A stretch of 64,000 nt of DNA from Chloropicon primus (taxonomy: Eukaryota), in contig CP060755.1 in the NCBI GenBank assembly GCA_023205875.1, positions 930,001-994,000 on the forward strand, in the 5' to 3' direction. Position numbers and translations under genes: made by a program. The notes under the pieces were generated by a model, which searched no databases, had not been told where the DNA came from, and saw only the letters and a list, made by a program, of their open reading frames with translations. Below, piece after piece: positions 11,448-22,415 of the stretch; position 1 is the stretch's first letter; each line of letters starts with the position of its first letter.

Positions 11448-12155
11448 ATGATGGAGGGCTCGACGGTTGTGACGCCGAAGCCCAAGCCGGTGGTGCAAGC
11501 CAAGCCCAAGGCGAAGCCCAAGGCGAAGCCCGCGGCGAAGAGGAAGGCCCCGGAGGCTCGCGGCCACTACGTGGACCTGACGGAGTCGAACACCGTTTCA
11601 TGGAAATCCTTGGAGAAGAAACGGAAAGCTGACGAGAGGAAGCGCAAACCCGATGAGGAGGAGGCCACGACGACCTCCGTGGGCCTCCCCGTGGCGAAGC
11701 CCTCGTCCCTGCCAAAGATCGGGAACAACAACCCCATGGCGTCCGTCATCTCCCGGATCGAGGCCATGTACGGCGGTGCCTTGCATGGGGAGGAGAGCGG
11801 GGACGAGGACGAGAGTGGTGTGGCAGCGGGGGGCGGGGAGGGCCAGGAGGTCGCTCCACAGAACCAGAGCAAGAACAAGGGGGGAGGCGACAACAACAAC
11901 AACTACGACTACGACGATCCTTTCATTGACGACACGGAGATGGTGCAGTACATGCAGAGAAGCAAGAGGAAGACCAAGCACGATGGCTTCTTCATCAACA
12001 AGGGGGAACTGGAGACTGACGGAGGGGCGGGGGACGAGGAGGTCGTGGAGGTTGAGGCGAGGGGCACGAACTCCTCGGACGATTTCAAGCCTCGCAAGAG
12101 GGCGAAGAGCAAGACCAAGACCAAGACCAAGGCGAAAGTGACAAAAGAGGAGTGA
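11448..12155 (+). CDS. UBN: Short ubinuclein/HPC2-like protein (HUN/HRD domain)
   Basis: YDYDDPFIDDTE...TKHDGFFINKGELE is the Hpc2-related domain. TVSWKSL and VISRIEAMY match N-terminal plant-type ubinuclein motifs. Confidence 0.8.
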   Translation: MMEGSTVVTPKPKPVVQAKPKAKPKAKPAAKRKAPEARGHYVDLTESNTVSWKSLEKKRKADERKRKPDEEEATTTSVGLPVAKPSSLPKIGNNNPMASVISRIEAMYGGALHGEESGDEDESGVAAGGGEGQEVAPQNQSKNKGGGDNNNNYDYDDPFIDDTEMVQYMQRSKRKTKHDGFFINKGELETDGGAGDEEVVEVEARGTNSSDDFKPRKRAKSKTKTKTKAKVTKEE

Positions 12156-12218
12156 GAGATAAATAATGTGTAAATGCACCCAAAAAATCCGTTCAGGAGC
12201 TCGCCTCGCCTCGCCTCT

Positions 12219-15200
12219 TCACCTCCTCAGGAAACCCTCGCACTTGGCGACCAGGCTCTGGTTCCCCTTGGATCTCGCGTGCCTCATGATGAGCTCCACG
12301 TCCACGTCGTCGGCGCAGGATTTTGCCAGCTCGAAGGCCTTCTCCAGCTTTCCCAGGGCGATCTGGGCAAGAATCTTCGAGTGGTCGCTCACCAGCAACT
12401 TCATCATCTGCTTTGCCCTCGACCTGTCGTTGCACTCGTTCAAGAGCATGAAGAAGGCCGATCCGATCACATGGTCCCACTCCAAATCTCCGAGGGTTCC
12501 CTTGAGATCCTTCACGAGCGGGATCAGGGAGCCTATCTGCTTCTTGTTCTTGCAGAAGAGCCGGATCGCGTCGATGTAGACCTCCGGGGCCTGCAACCGA
12601 AACTCTTGGATCAGCCTGAACGCCAAGTTGCCGTCTCTCAGCAGGAGGAGCTCCGCGCACCTCCTCCTGTGAAAGGCGATCATGTCGTTGCTCCCTACAA
12701 CGTCCCAAGACTTGAAGTCCGTCCCTTGCTTCTCGGCAAACTTGATGACATCGATCTGCAGGCCCACAATCGACCTCATCTCGAGGAGATTCGCTATGCC
12801 GAGGTCGCCGCACTCGATTCCTAGCGAGCCGAAGCTCTCGTGCTGCTCCTTGCCAGACACGTTGAGAATCTGCTCCATCGTGTTCTGAAGCCAGAACTCC
12901 GCATCTTCCTTGGTGTCGCATTCTTTGAAGGTCCTCAACGCCAGAACAGCCGCGAGAGTTCCGCGAGAGTTGAGCATCTGGAGGTGGTAAGCAAGGGAGT
13001 AACACTTGATCTCGGAGACCACCTGTATCGCGTGGCTCATCAACTCCAGTATGACCTCCTTGTTCTCGCCGTTCTTGCTCAGCTCCAATTTGAAGAAATC
13101 CACGAGAAAGTCTTCCATCTTGTGTTGGACGCAAGCCTTGGTGAGAGCTTCGATGTGGGCTGTTGACTTGCTCTCCACCGCCAGCGTGCATGCCTTCTGA
13201 TACTGCTTGTGCTTGAAGTAGAATCCCAGAAGGCTTTCAGGGGCAAACTTCTTGATAAAGTAGATGCACTCGTTGTAAACCTCGCTCTCGATCTGGGAGG
13301 AGGAGAAGTTCCTGAAGATGGTCTTCGAAGGCCCTTTCCCAGCCTCCTTGAAACCGAACCAACCCTTGGTCTTGATGTTTTTCTCCTGCAGGAGCTTGTG
13401 GGTCGCGTCATATATTTTGTTCACGTTGACCATGCTACCCTTCTCAAGCGTCTCGACGGCGTGCAAGGCAATTCTCGACGCCACGCCCGGATCAGGATCG
13501 GCGGACTTTATGGCCCTCTCGAGCTTCACCCTGGCTTCCCGATATTCGCTCAGGTTCAAAAGCCCGATTCCCCACTCTTCCCATATCCGTGAGGGATCCA
13601 GGCCAAACTTTTTGGACACGAAGATGGCAATGTTGTAGTGCTCCTCTTCCATAATGAAGTCGATCGCCTCCCGAATCGAGTCCTTGGACGAGAATTTGCT
13701 AAAACTGATGGCAATTTCGTGGCTTAGCAAGGTGTGAATGAGGTCAAGTCTCACGGCAAAGCTCACGATGTGCCTCAGACAGTCTTGCAGAGACGTGCCC
13801 CCTCCGCCGTCGTTTCCGGATTCCGACGAGGCGACCAGCTCTGAATACACCTCGAAAAGATCGAAATTGTAGCTGCTGCCATCAGACAAGCCCGATTCCC
13901 AGATCGAATCCCAGCCTTCAAACTCAAGGGCCTTTTCGGAAAACGCCGATTCAAAGTATTCCTGCGCTTTGTCTGTAATCTCAAGGATTGTTTCCGTCCT
14001 CTCCAGGTCACCGAGAATGCTATGGATACCTCTCCTGCTGCCCTTCTCAAGGTCTCTGTTCAGGAAAGAAATGCACAGCCTCATCGCAACAAGCGCGGAA
14101 TTCAACGCCGCAGCCTCCGTTGACGGCGAGAGCTCAAGAATTGACTCGCACAAGGGTATAGAAGGAGCGATCTTGTAATGGTAAGAGTTCCTCGTGCTTT
14201 CGTCTGTTGCACGCCCTGCCAGCATTGGAAACGCCAGGTTCTTGTCTGGCAAAGCGTTTGGGGCCTCGTTGTCGCTCTTGCCCTTCTCGACGTTGTCATC
14301 AAAACAGCAGGCCTTGTAAGCGTAGAAAGCTATCCTCTTGTTGCTCATGAGCTCTGGATACAAGCTGCAGATGGTCTTGGCGATTGGAATTTCGAGCGAG
14401 ATGATCAGATTCTCCAATATCAGGGCCGGCTTCTCTACCAAACCCTCGTACTTTGCCGCCAAAGGGTGAGAAAGCTCGTCGAGTATCTTGATCCCAATTT
14501 TTACTTCGGAGATGTAAGAAACGCTTTCCGCCGCGAGGGCTGTGTGCATCCTCTGCCTGTGGTCATCGGACAGCAGGAAGCTAAGGAAGACTTTTTTGGA
14601 AACCACGTCCTTGGCGCTTCTGAGAGCAAAGAACGCCACGGACAGGCTGTGGTCAAGATCCATGGCCGAAAGCTGCCTCATTACCCCAGGCATCCCCCCG
14701 CCATCGATAGACCTCTGAGACAGGCAAGCCAAGAGGGCCTCGCCCTCTAATTCAGAGAGAATTTCGCCCGTGACCGAGAATTCCTTTGCTATTTCCGAGA
14801 CAAGCTTGTGGGCGCCCAGTTCAGACAACCTTTTCAACAACGCTTCGGTGTTCTCCCCGCACTGCTTCTGAACCTCGCGCCAGTCACCGCCATAGGAGGC
14901 GTCAGTGAGCAAGACTAGCTTGTACAGCTCCAGCTCCCGGTGCGACTTGGATGCCAAGGCGAATATCTCCCCATTCTGCGCTGCAATGGATTTGGCTTTC
15001 GAGATCAGCAAGATGAGCTGGTCGAGCGACCAAGTGCCCTTGAACCTCTGCAAGAGCGACCACAATTCCTCTTCGCCCCGAACCCTCAAAGCTAGATCGA
15101 AGACGACGTCGCCCCCCTTGCTCTCTTCCAAGCTGATCAGCTCGACCAGCAAGGAGTCGGGGGATCCTTCCTGAAAGCATCTGTCCGAAAGAAGCATGGC

Positions 15201-18167
15201 TTCCTGGAGCTTGCCATTGGATGTGATCCTGTTGATGGCATTCCGATACACTTCCACGTCTTCCCACAGGCAGCCTTCTAGAGCCCCTTTGGAGTGCTCC
15301 ATCTCGAAATTTGCGTCGAGGACCGTGGGGTTGGCTTCCGAGGACTCGTTCGTGATCCGAGCTTTCATCTGCTGAATGAAAAACTGGATTTTGATCCATC
15401 TGTGCAGAGTGGGGTAAGAGGACAACTGCTCCAGCGCAAAGGACAGTATGTCACTCTCTTGGCCGCTCTCTCTGTACGATATGAAGAGGCAGGCCAACGC
15501 TATCCGCAGCGGAGACTTCTCCACCAAGCTCTTCAGGACGAGAATGTTCTTGTCCCAATCCCGCTTTGATATCGCGTCGTGTCCGTCCTTGGAGTGGTAA
15601 CCTGACAGAGGAGGGAAAACTTGAGGCACGCAAGCCTTCAGCACCTCGTCGATCAGGTTTGTGTGCAGCAGCTTCGCAATCCTGGAGGCTATCTCTGGGT
15701 CCTTCCTCTCGAAGAGGATGTACATCAATATGTCTCTGGGGTCCCTCACAAGCAAGTTGAAGTGGTTGTACGTGTCCTGATTGTCGATAGAGGCAATCGC
15801 GTCCCCAATGTGCGCCAAGTACGAAATGAAAGAAGAAAGGAACAAGGACTTTGGCGGATCCTCTGCATCCGAACCACTCTCTCCCAGCAAAGGGAGAAGC
15901 ATGGACACGGAGTTGAGTCGGCCTTTGAATGTCTCCCTCTCTATGCAGCTGTCCTCCGAGAGTGCGGTGCAAATGTTGTGAAGAACGCCCGACAAAAATT
16001 GCCGCTTGCCGTCCTTGGAGCACTGCAACGCCTCGGCCAGCATTTGCACGGCCTTCACGTGGGCTCCAAGCTCTGGCCCGCGCTTTGCTACATTGGCGCT
16101 GCTTATGCGCTTCGGTACCGAGTCCATCTCTCCACCCGACCAGTCCGACGAGGCCAGAAGAACCTTCTCGCACAATGCGAGGATCAGTTTGTTCTCCCCT
16201 GTGACCTCTATTTTGTCCACGACCTCCTTTGCGTTACTCAGCATTTGCAACGAGATCTCTTGCGAGGTTGCCACAGCCGTCCCCACATCCAGGTAGAGAA
16301 AGAGCTTCTCCATGTCACCCATTTTGCAGCTTTCTACGTACGTCTCAAACTCGTCCACAGCCGATTTGTCTGTGATCATCCCAGTGATCATTCCGTCCAC
16401 GGAGACCCTCGTCGCCAGGCCATCGATCCATTCCGCGAGCTGGACAGAAGATGCTTCTGACTCCGGGATCGAGTATTTCTTCACGGTCTCGTCACACAGC
16501 CCGTACTCGTTGTAGCTCTTGCATATCTGGAGGAGTCTCACGGGAGTGGCGTGCAGAATTTTGAAGATCTCTTGCCACGAAGCGCACTGCCCCAGCATGC
16601 GCTGAACGATGTTCGACCTCCAACGTGCTTGGTCCACAAAGGACTCTAGGGTGGACCTGCGCTCATCCGTGATGCGTTCGAGCACGGTCCGCAATGCGTC
16701 CGTGCCCTGTGACTCCTCGGGGGGGTCTGAAAGGATCGAAGAGATGACGTGGCTGACATACTCCCCATCCATGGGCACCTCTCTGCTCAGCTTCACGATT
16801 TTCGTGATCAGCGAAATCACAGAGTCGAAGAAGACCATGGCAAAGGGACTGGAGGCGCTGTGCTGACGCGTCCCGGCCTCCTTTGCCTCATAAATCGTGG
16901 ACGCGTAGGCCCGCCAACTCGACATATTCTCGTGATACCTGCAATTCAGGAAGACGTAGCAGAACCACGCCATCCACGTGAGAGAGAAAGAGCACTTTGT
17001 CTTGCCCACGTGCTCCCTCATCGTCCCGAGCAAAGCGTCCAACTCCTGCTGCTGGGCCTTGGTGGCATCATCCTGTCCGTCACCAGCCCCTTCGACGAAG
17101 GTAACGTTCGTCAGAGAGAAGGCCTTGAAGAAGGCGAGGATGAACGCCTGGATGTGGTACACGTTCAAGTCGTGGTGCAGCTTCACTCTCTGCTTGGTGC
17201 TGTACGTTGGCCAGCCCTCCACCAGCGCCAGAGAGCCATGGGACAGCAGCTGGGCCTTCGTATCGTGCGGAGAGACTTTCCTGCCCAGCTGAAGCGACAG
17301 GAGGAGTCTGTGCCTCAGGGTATTCCACAGCTTCTTCACGGTATTTTGGCGCTGCCTTTCCTCCACTTCGTCCACGCCTTCGGCCCCAAAATCACCGAAG
17401 ACCCTCTCGAGCTCCCCCAGGTCCTCTGTCTCGTCCCACAGCATCGCGAGGAAGACCGCATGCAGCTCAGGCTCCCCCCGGAGCACTGACTTTGCCTGAC
17501 CGGTGTCCCGCAGGGCCGCCTGGATGAGGCAGCCGTGGATCAGCTCATTGTGAAGTCTTGTGAGCTGCAGAAGCGCCGTGTGATCGCCCTGGTCCTTGCC
17601 AACCGCGGCCTCCTCCTGCCACGCCTCGTTGCGCTCGATGTAGGTCAGCAAGCCTCCGGGGTTCTCGTCGACGTAGCGCTTGTCTTCCTCGGCCTCCGCC
17701 CGCTGGATGAGCTCGAGGCTCCCCGTCGACAATATCGCGCCCAACGCTGCGTTCCTCTCAGCCCTGGTTTGCGCCCGCGCCAACGAAGACAACAGGACCG
17801 AGCCATCAACGACGACCTTGTCAACCTCCTCCTCCACAGCCGTCCTGAGCTCCTGCTCGATATCCTCGTTCGTCTTTCCGACCTCTCGAAGGCACTGCCA
17901 CCTCAAGCGCACGTCCCGATCTTCCCTCTCCCTGTCGAGGAGCAGGCCGAGCACCTTGGCCTTCAGCCTTGGCGTGCACGGCCGAAGCAGAGCCAACCCC
18001 AGTTCCAGCCTGCCCCGTTGCAGGTGAAACAAGGCGATGGCGCCTCTAATTTTGTCTGCCTCCTCCTCACCTTCCAGAGATTCACTCAAGGTCCGCGTCG
18101 AGGACGTCGAGGCCTTGCACCCCTCGCCCACCCGCCTGCCGGGACCCGCCTCCGACGGCGACTCCAT
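12219..18167 (-). CDS. ZFYVE26: Spastizin/ZFYVE26 (SPG15)-like protein, AP-5 associated
   Basis: Intronless helical protein of about 1980 aa. The C-terminus (RRRCAELLL..NLAFRLIQEFRL..KGTLGDLEWDHVIG..GKLEKAFELA) resembles the plant spastizin C-terminus as recalled. Confidence 0.75.
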   Translation of the reverse strand: MESPSEAGPGRRVGEGCKASTSSTRTLSESLEGEEEADKIRGAIALFHLQRGRLELGLALLRPCTPRLKAKVLGLLLDREREDRDVRLRWQCLREVGKTNEDIEQELRTAVEEEVDKVVVDGSVLLSSLARAQTRAERNAALGAILSTGSLELIQRAEAEEDKRYVDENPGGLLTYIERNEAWQEEAAVGKDQGDHTALLQLTRLHNELIHGCLIQAALRDTGQAKSVLRGEPELHAVFLAMLWDETEDLGELERVFGDFGAEGVDEVEERQRQNTVKKLWNTLRHRLLLSLQLGRKVSPHDTKAQLLSHGSLALVEGWPTYSTKQRVKLHHDLNVYHIQAFILAFFKAFSLTNVTFVEGAGDGQDDATKAQQQELDALLGTMREHVGKTKCSFSLTWMAWFCYVFLNCRYHENMSSWRAYASTIYEAKEAGTRQHSASSPFAMVFFDSVISLITKIVKLSREVPMDGEYVSHVISSILSDPPEESQGTDALRTVLERITDERRSTLESFVDQARWRSNIVQRMLGQCASWQEIFKILHATPVRLLQICKSYNEYGLCDETVKKYSIPESEASSVQLAEWIDGLATRVSVDGMITGMITDKSAVDEFETYVESCKMGDMEKLFLYLDVGTAVATSQEISLQMLSNAKEVVDKIEVTGENKLILALCEKVLLASSDWSGGEMDSVPKRISSANVAKRGPELGAHVKAVQMLAEALQCSKDGKRQFLSGVLHNICTALSEDSCIERETFKGRLNSVSMLLPLLGESGSDAEDPPKSLFLSSFISYLAHIGDAIASIDNQDTYNHFNLLVRDPRDILMYILFERKDPEIASRIAKLLHTNLIDEVLKACVPQVFPPLSGYHSKDGHDAISKRDWDKNILVLKSLVEKSPLRIALACLFISYRESGQESDILSFALEQLSSYPTLHRWIKIQFFIQQMKARITNESSEANPTVLDANFEMEHSKGALEGCLWEDVEVYRNAINRITSNGKLQEAMLLSDRCFQEGSPDSLLVELISLEESKGGDVVFDLALRVRGEEELWSLLQRFKGTWSLDQLILLISKAKSIAAQNGEIFALASKSHRELELYKLVLLTDASYGGDWREVQKQCGENTEALLKRLSELGAHKLVSEIAKEFSVTGEILSELEGEALLACLSQRSIDGGGMPGVMRQLSAMDLDHSLSVAFFALRSAKDVVSKKVFLSFLLSDDHRQRMHTALAAESVSYISEVKIGIKILDELSHPLAAKYEGLVEKPALILENLIISLEIPIAKTICSLYPELMSNKRIAFYAYKACCFDDNVEKGKSDNEAPNALPDKNLAFPMLAGRATDESTRNSYHYKIAPSIPLCESILELSPSTEAAALNSALVAMRLCISFLNRDLEKGSRRGIHSILGDLERTETILEITDKAQEYFESAFSEKALEFEGWDSIWESGLSDGSSYNFDLFEVYSELVASSESGNDGGGGTSLQDCLRHIVSFAVRLDLIHTLLSHEIAISFSKFSSKDSIREAIDFIMEEEHYNIAIFVSKKFGLDPSRIWEEWGIGLLNLSEYREARVKLERAIKSADPDPGVASRIALHAVETLEKGSMVNVNKIYDATHKLLQEKNIKTKGWFGFKEAGKGPSKTIFRNFSSSQIESEVYNECIYFIKKFAPESLLGFYFKHKQYQKACTLAVESKSTAHIEALTKACVQHKMEDFLVDFFKLELSKNGENKEVILELMSHAIQVVSEIKCYSLAYHLQMLNSRGTLAAVLALRTFKECDTKEDAEFWLQNTMEQILNVSGKEQHESFGSLGIECGDLGIANLLEMRSIVGLQIDVIKFAEKQGTDFKSWDVVGSNDMIAFHRRRCAELLLLRDGNLAFRLIQEFRLQAPEVYIDAIRLFCKNKKQIGSLIPLVKDLKGTLGDLEWDHVIGSAFFMLLNECNDRSRAKQMMKLLVSDHSKILAQIALGKLEKAFELAKSCADDVDVELIMRHARSKGNQSLVAKCEGFLRR

Positions 18168-18425
18168 CGCTCCCAGCGGCCGAGGACTTCGATCGATCGA
18201 TCCAAAGGCGCCCAATGGACCATAGGGAGGATCCTCCCCCCTTTCATTTCGGAAAAAAAAATTGATATTGATCAGGAGATGAGGAGCGAGAATGCAGGAG
18301 TGCGGGTCGGCGAGTCCTCGAGTGGTGGTGATGATCTTTCTTCTTCCCCTGGAGGCTGATTATGGAACTGCAGACTTTTTATAAAGTTCGAATTGGTATA
18401 GTATACAATGTGCCGAGGTGGCGGA

Positions 18426-21400
18426 TCATGTGTCTTCCTTTGGTGGCGGTGGTGGTGGAGGATCCTTCTTGACCATGCTCCTCCTGCCGACCCGCTTGAG
18501 GTTCGCACGCACGCCACCAAGGTCAATCTTCTCCTTCAGAGCCTTTTCCACCCCGCCAAGCACTGGCTTGAAGATCTTTGCCCTAACCCTCATTGGCATC
18601 TCCGCTACAAGCTTGTCGTACTTGTCCTGCACCTCGGCAAGGCTCTCTTCCATTTCCTGTCGCTCCTCCAGGCTGCTCTGCTGCAACTCCTGGAGCTCGC
18701 GAATTTGCTCGTCGCGGTCGCTCAGCTCGGACTCCAAGCCGCTGATGTGGTCCGCCTGCTTCTGGATCATTGACCTCGACGTCTCCAAGCTGCCGGCGAG
18801 CGCTTCTAACTCCTTCTTCGCGCTCTCGCTGCTCTCTTCCGCCTGGTTCTGCGCTTCGAGGATGGCGTTCTTCGACGAATCCAACTCCTCCTTGAGCTGA
18901 GCGCATTGCCCCTTCAACTTCTCCTGATCCATCTGCTCCTTGGTGAGCCTGATTTTTTGGGCAGCCACCTTTTCCTTCGACTCGCTCAACTGAGTTGAGA
19001 TGGCTTCCTTTTGCTCCTTCAGCTGCTCGATGTCAACGCCCAATTGGAGTTTCTCCAGTTCCAACTTGGAGAGCTTCTCGAGGTGCGCCTCGTGCGCTTC
19101 CTCCTTCTCCTTGTGAATCCTCGCGATCACCGAATTCTGGTGCCTTGAATTTGCCTCGAGGCTCGTGATCTTCTCGGCCTTCTCCTCGGCCTTCTCCTGC
19201 AGTGCCTTGACCTCCTGGACAGAATCCTGGTGCTTCTTCTCCGCGCCCTTCTTCTCCGTCGTCAGCTTCATCAGCACGCTGCGCTTCTCCATCAGCTTGG
19301 TCCGCAAGTCCATTGTCCTGCCCTTCTCCTCACTGATCTGAGTGCTCATCTTGTTTTCCAGCTCCACCAGTTCCTTTGCGTGTTCCTGATTCTTCACTTC
19401 GCCCTGTTCCACCAAGTTCTTCTTCTCCTCGTTCAGTTTCATGACTTCCTTCCTCAGCTCCGTGGAGGTCTCCTCTATCTTTTTGTTCTTCTCGGCGTAC
19501 TCGCTGTTGAGCTTCTTGTACTTGTCAATGGTCTGGAACAAGGCCTCCACCTGCCCAACGGAATCGTCGCCGGGGGCCTCTGACAGCTGCGGTGCTTCCG
19601 TCAACATCGTGTTCCTGTGCTTGTGCAAGGATTTCCGCAGGTCAAGCAGCTGAGAGTCAAGGGTCGAGCTCATCTCCTTTTCTTTGACCAAGCTCTCCTC
19701 AAGCTGCTTCTTGCTCTCCTCGTGCTCCTTGATGGTGGCCTCCAGTAGAGATTTGCTCTCTACCCACTGCTTCTTGTGTCGAGCCAAGTCCTGCTCAGCC
19801 TGATCCCGCAGCAAGTTCTGCTCCTTGAAGTTGCTGTTGAGCTCCTCGTACACCTTTTGACTGTCTTTCAGCTTGGACTCGAGGTTTTCCACCTTGCTCT
19901 GCTGCTCCTTGGAATCCGACTCGAACTCTGCCCTCGAAGCTTCCAGCGTCTCCCTGAGTGACTTGTTCTCCTCCTCGGCCCTCGTGAAATTCGTTTCAGC
20001 GGTACTCATTTTGGCCTCCAAGGATTTGACCTCCTCCTGGGCCGCCTCGGAAGAAGCCTGAAGCTCCCGCAGGCTCTCTGCCATCGTCTTTGACTTCTTC
20101 TCGGAGTTTGAAAGCTTCTCTTCGATGTGGTTCAAGTCGATCTTGAGTTTCTCCGAGGACTGTGCTGATGCCATAGCCTCTTCGCGGGCAGAACTCAAGT
20201 CCTCCTGCAACTTCATGTTCTCCTTTTCCGATTCCAGCATCCTTTCCGACATCTCGATCTTGCTCTCCTCCAGGACTGAGATGTCCGCTTTCAGCTTGTC
20301 AGAGGCTTGCTGGAGCCTCTCTCGAGCCGCGTTAGCGGCCTCGACTTTCTGTTTCCACGCGTCCACTTGGCTTCCGATGACATTCCGATCTGATTTGGAG
20401 GCCTGCAGGTCGAACTCCAGCTGCTCTATTTTCCTGAAGTCAACCTTTGCCGCCGCTTCCAGCTTCTTGAGCGAGGCTTGAACCTGGTCCAAGGAGTCGC
20501 TCTTGTCCTTGAGATCCTTCAGGCTGACCTCGTGCTCGCCGTGGAGCGTGGAAAGCTCCTCTTGGAGGCTGTCTATTCTGACCTGCTTGCTTTCTAGTTC
20601 CTGCTCCATCATCATCCTGTCCTCAATGTCAAACTCGTCCTGGGCCTCCTCCTCGACCTCAGGCTTGTTCTCGGGATTGTAGTCTGGGGACTTCATCCAG
20701 TCGATCTCGGCCTTTAAGCCCTCGACCTGCTTCCTCTCCACCGCCAGCTCATCCTGCAGGCGCTTGAGCATGTACTCGAGCTCCTGGGCGCTCCTCCTGA
20801 CGTTGACCTTGACCTGGTTCTTGATGTTCTTGGCACTCTTGCCGAACCTTAGCGTGGAGAGAGTCTCTTCTATGTTGCTAAGGTCGGGGGAGCAGCACAG
20901 AATCAGCATCGTCTTCGTGTTGCCTCCCAGACTCTCCTGCAGGATTCTCGTCAGCTTTGAGTCCCTGTACGGAATGTGAGCGCTCCCGCTGCTGAGGGAT
21001 TTGATCACGTTCGCAAGGCAGGTCAACGAAAGGTTGATCTTCTTAGCCTCCTCGAAAGTCTGCCCCACTGCATTCGTCTTGTCCACCCTCTCGCTTCCTG
21101 CTAGATCCACAAAGGTGAATTTTCCCGTTTTCGAGGAGCCCTCCTCGTTCTTTTGCACGAGGGTCACCTGCAAGACGCTGTGACTGCGCGAACTGCGCGA
21201 GTTCATGTCCGTCGAAGCCACCGTCTTGTTCGCACCACCCACGGTGAGAACGTCCAGCAGGTTTTGCACGTCTTCGAGATACTCCGAGCTCAGGCCCTCT
21301 ATGAATATTCCCCTCGCCTTCGACTCGTGGATCTTCAAGTTGTTGTTGGCCGGCTTGAGCAGGTCCTGAATCCTCTCCTTGTACAGCTGAAAGTAGCTCG

Positions 21401-21866
21401 TGGAGATGGAGAACTCCCACCCGGCGGGAGAGGACAAGACGAAATTGAAGAGCTCGCTTATCGACTTGGGGACAATGCCCCAGTCGTCCGGGGTGTCGAG
21501 GTAGTTGTCCGGTCCGAACATCGTGTGGGTCTTGCCCGAGGACGTCTGCCCGTACGCGAATATCGTCCCATTGTAACCCTCGAAGCAGTGCTTCACGATG
21601 TTATTCGATATCCACTCGAAGACCTCGTCCTGCGTCGAGTCCTCCTTGTAAATTCTATCCAAGTTGAAATTGGTCTTTTCCTCCCGGACGCCAGTCCTGT
21701 TGGTCTGGGTGACGTTCGGCCCCACGCCGTGGAATGTCACGGAAGTGTTCCCGCGGTCCACCTCATACTTGAGCCTCTTCTCCTTGGACTGAGTTTTCTC
21801 TCTCTCATTTTGCGGCCTGAACCGAGCGCACACCCTTATGTTCTCAGCCTTCCCTTTCCCCACCAT
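18426..21866 (-). CDS. N-terminal motor kinesin, kinesin-1-like, with long coiled-coil stalk
   Basis: GQTSSGKT P-loop, NSRSSRSH, DLAGSE, HIPYRDSKLTRILQESLGGN, neck linker KNIKNQVKVN, then E/K-rich heptads. Confidence 0.92.
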   Translation of the reverse strand: MVGKGKAENIRVCARFRPQNEREKTQSKEKRLKYEVDRGNTSVTFHGVGPNVTQTNRTGVREEKTNFNLDRIYKEDSTQDEVFEWISNNIVKHCFEGYNGTIFAYGQTSSGKTHTMFGPDNYLDTPDDWGIVPKSISELFNFVLSSPAGWEFSISTSYFQLYKERIQDLLKPANNNLKIHESKARGIFIEGLSSEYLEDVQNLLDVLTVGGANKTVASTDMNSRSSRSHSVLQVTLVQKNEEGSSKTGKFTFVDLAGSERVDKTNAVGQTFEEAKKINLSLTCLANVIKSLSSGSAHIPYRDSKLTRILQESLGGNTKTMLILCCSPDLSNIEETLSTLRFGKSAKNIKNQVKVNVRRSAQELEYMLKRLQDELAVERKQVEGLKAEIDWMKSPDYNPENKPEVEEEAQDEFDIEDRMMMEQELESKQVRIDSLQEELSTLHGEHEVSLKDLKDKSDSLDQVQASLKKLEAAAKVDFRKIEQLEFDLQASKSDRNVIGSQVDAWKQKVEAANAARERLQQASDKLKADISVLEESKIEMSERMLESEKENMKLQEDLSSAREEAMASAQSSEKLKIDLNHIEEKLSNSEKKSKTMAESLRELQASSEAAQEEVKSLEAKMSTAETNFTRAEEENKSLRETLEASRAEFESDSKEQQSKVENLESKLKDSQKVYEELNSNFKEQNLLRDQAEQDLARHKKQWVESKSLLEATIKEHEESKKQLEESLVKEKEMSSTLDSQLLDLRKSLHKHRNTMLTEAPQLSEAPGDDSVGQVEALFQTIDKYKKLNSEYAEKNKKIEETSTELRKEVMKLNEEKKNLVEQGEVKNQEHAKELVELENKMSTQISEEKGRTMDLRTKLMEKRSVLMKLTTEKKGAEKKHQDSVQEVKALQEKAEEKAEKITSLEANSRHQNSVIARIHKEKEEAHEAHLEKLSKLELEKLQLGVDIEQLKEQKEAISTQLSESKEKVAAQKIRLTKEQMDQEKLKGQCAQLKEELDSSKNAILEAQNQAEESSESAKKELEALAGSLETSRSMIQKQADHISGLESELSDRDEQIRELQELQQSSLEERQEMEESLAEVQDKYDKLVAEMPMRVRAKIFKPVLGGVEKALKEKIDLGGVRANLKRVGRRSMVKKDPPPPPPPKEDT

Positions 21867-22415
21867 CTCTCCCAGATTCCCCTTTCTCACACCCCCAGCC
21901 CACTACACCTCCCCTTCCCACACCGCTCACACACGCACGCACGCACACACACACAGAGAGAGAGAGCGCGAGGGAGAGGGAGGGAGATCCGACACCACAC
22001 TCTGCTAAGCACCAAGCCAAGCACTCTGTCTCTCCTGTTCCCGCCAGCCTCTCTTCCCCCTGCTGCTGCTGGTTTTCTCTCTGTGGAGGAGGAGGGAAGT
22101 CGACGAGACCTAAGAAGGGTCCCACTACACTGCCAGCCAGTCTGTCCTTCCCATTGGAGAACACGAAGCCAACACTTGACCACAGCAGTGCTAACATAGA
22201 CTCTAGGATATAGGATAAAAACATGTCCGTGGGATCCTCGCCCCATTCGGAAATTTCAATATTGAAATTTCAGGAGAGGAGCTTTGATGTTCGCTCCTCC
22301 GAGGGTTTTTTCTAACGCTCGGCTCGGCGGTTACGCCTCCTCGGCATGACGACGATGCGATGGTGTGTGTGTGGTGTGTGGTGTCGTGTGCAGAGTTGTA
22401 GTTGTTCACCACACC

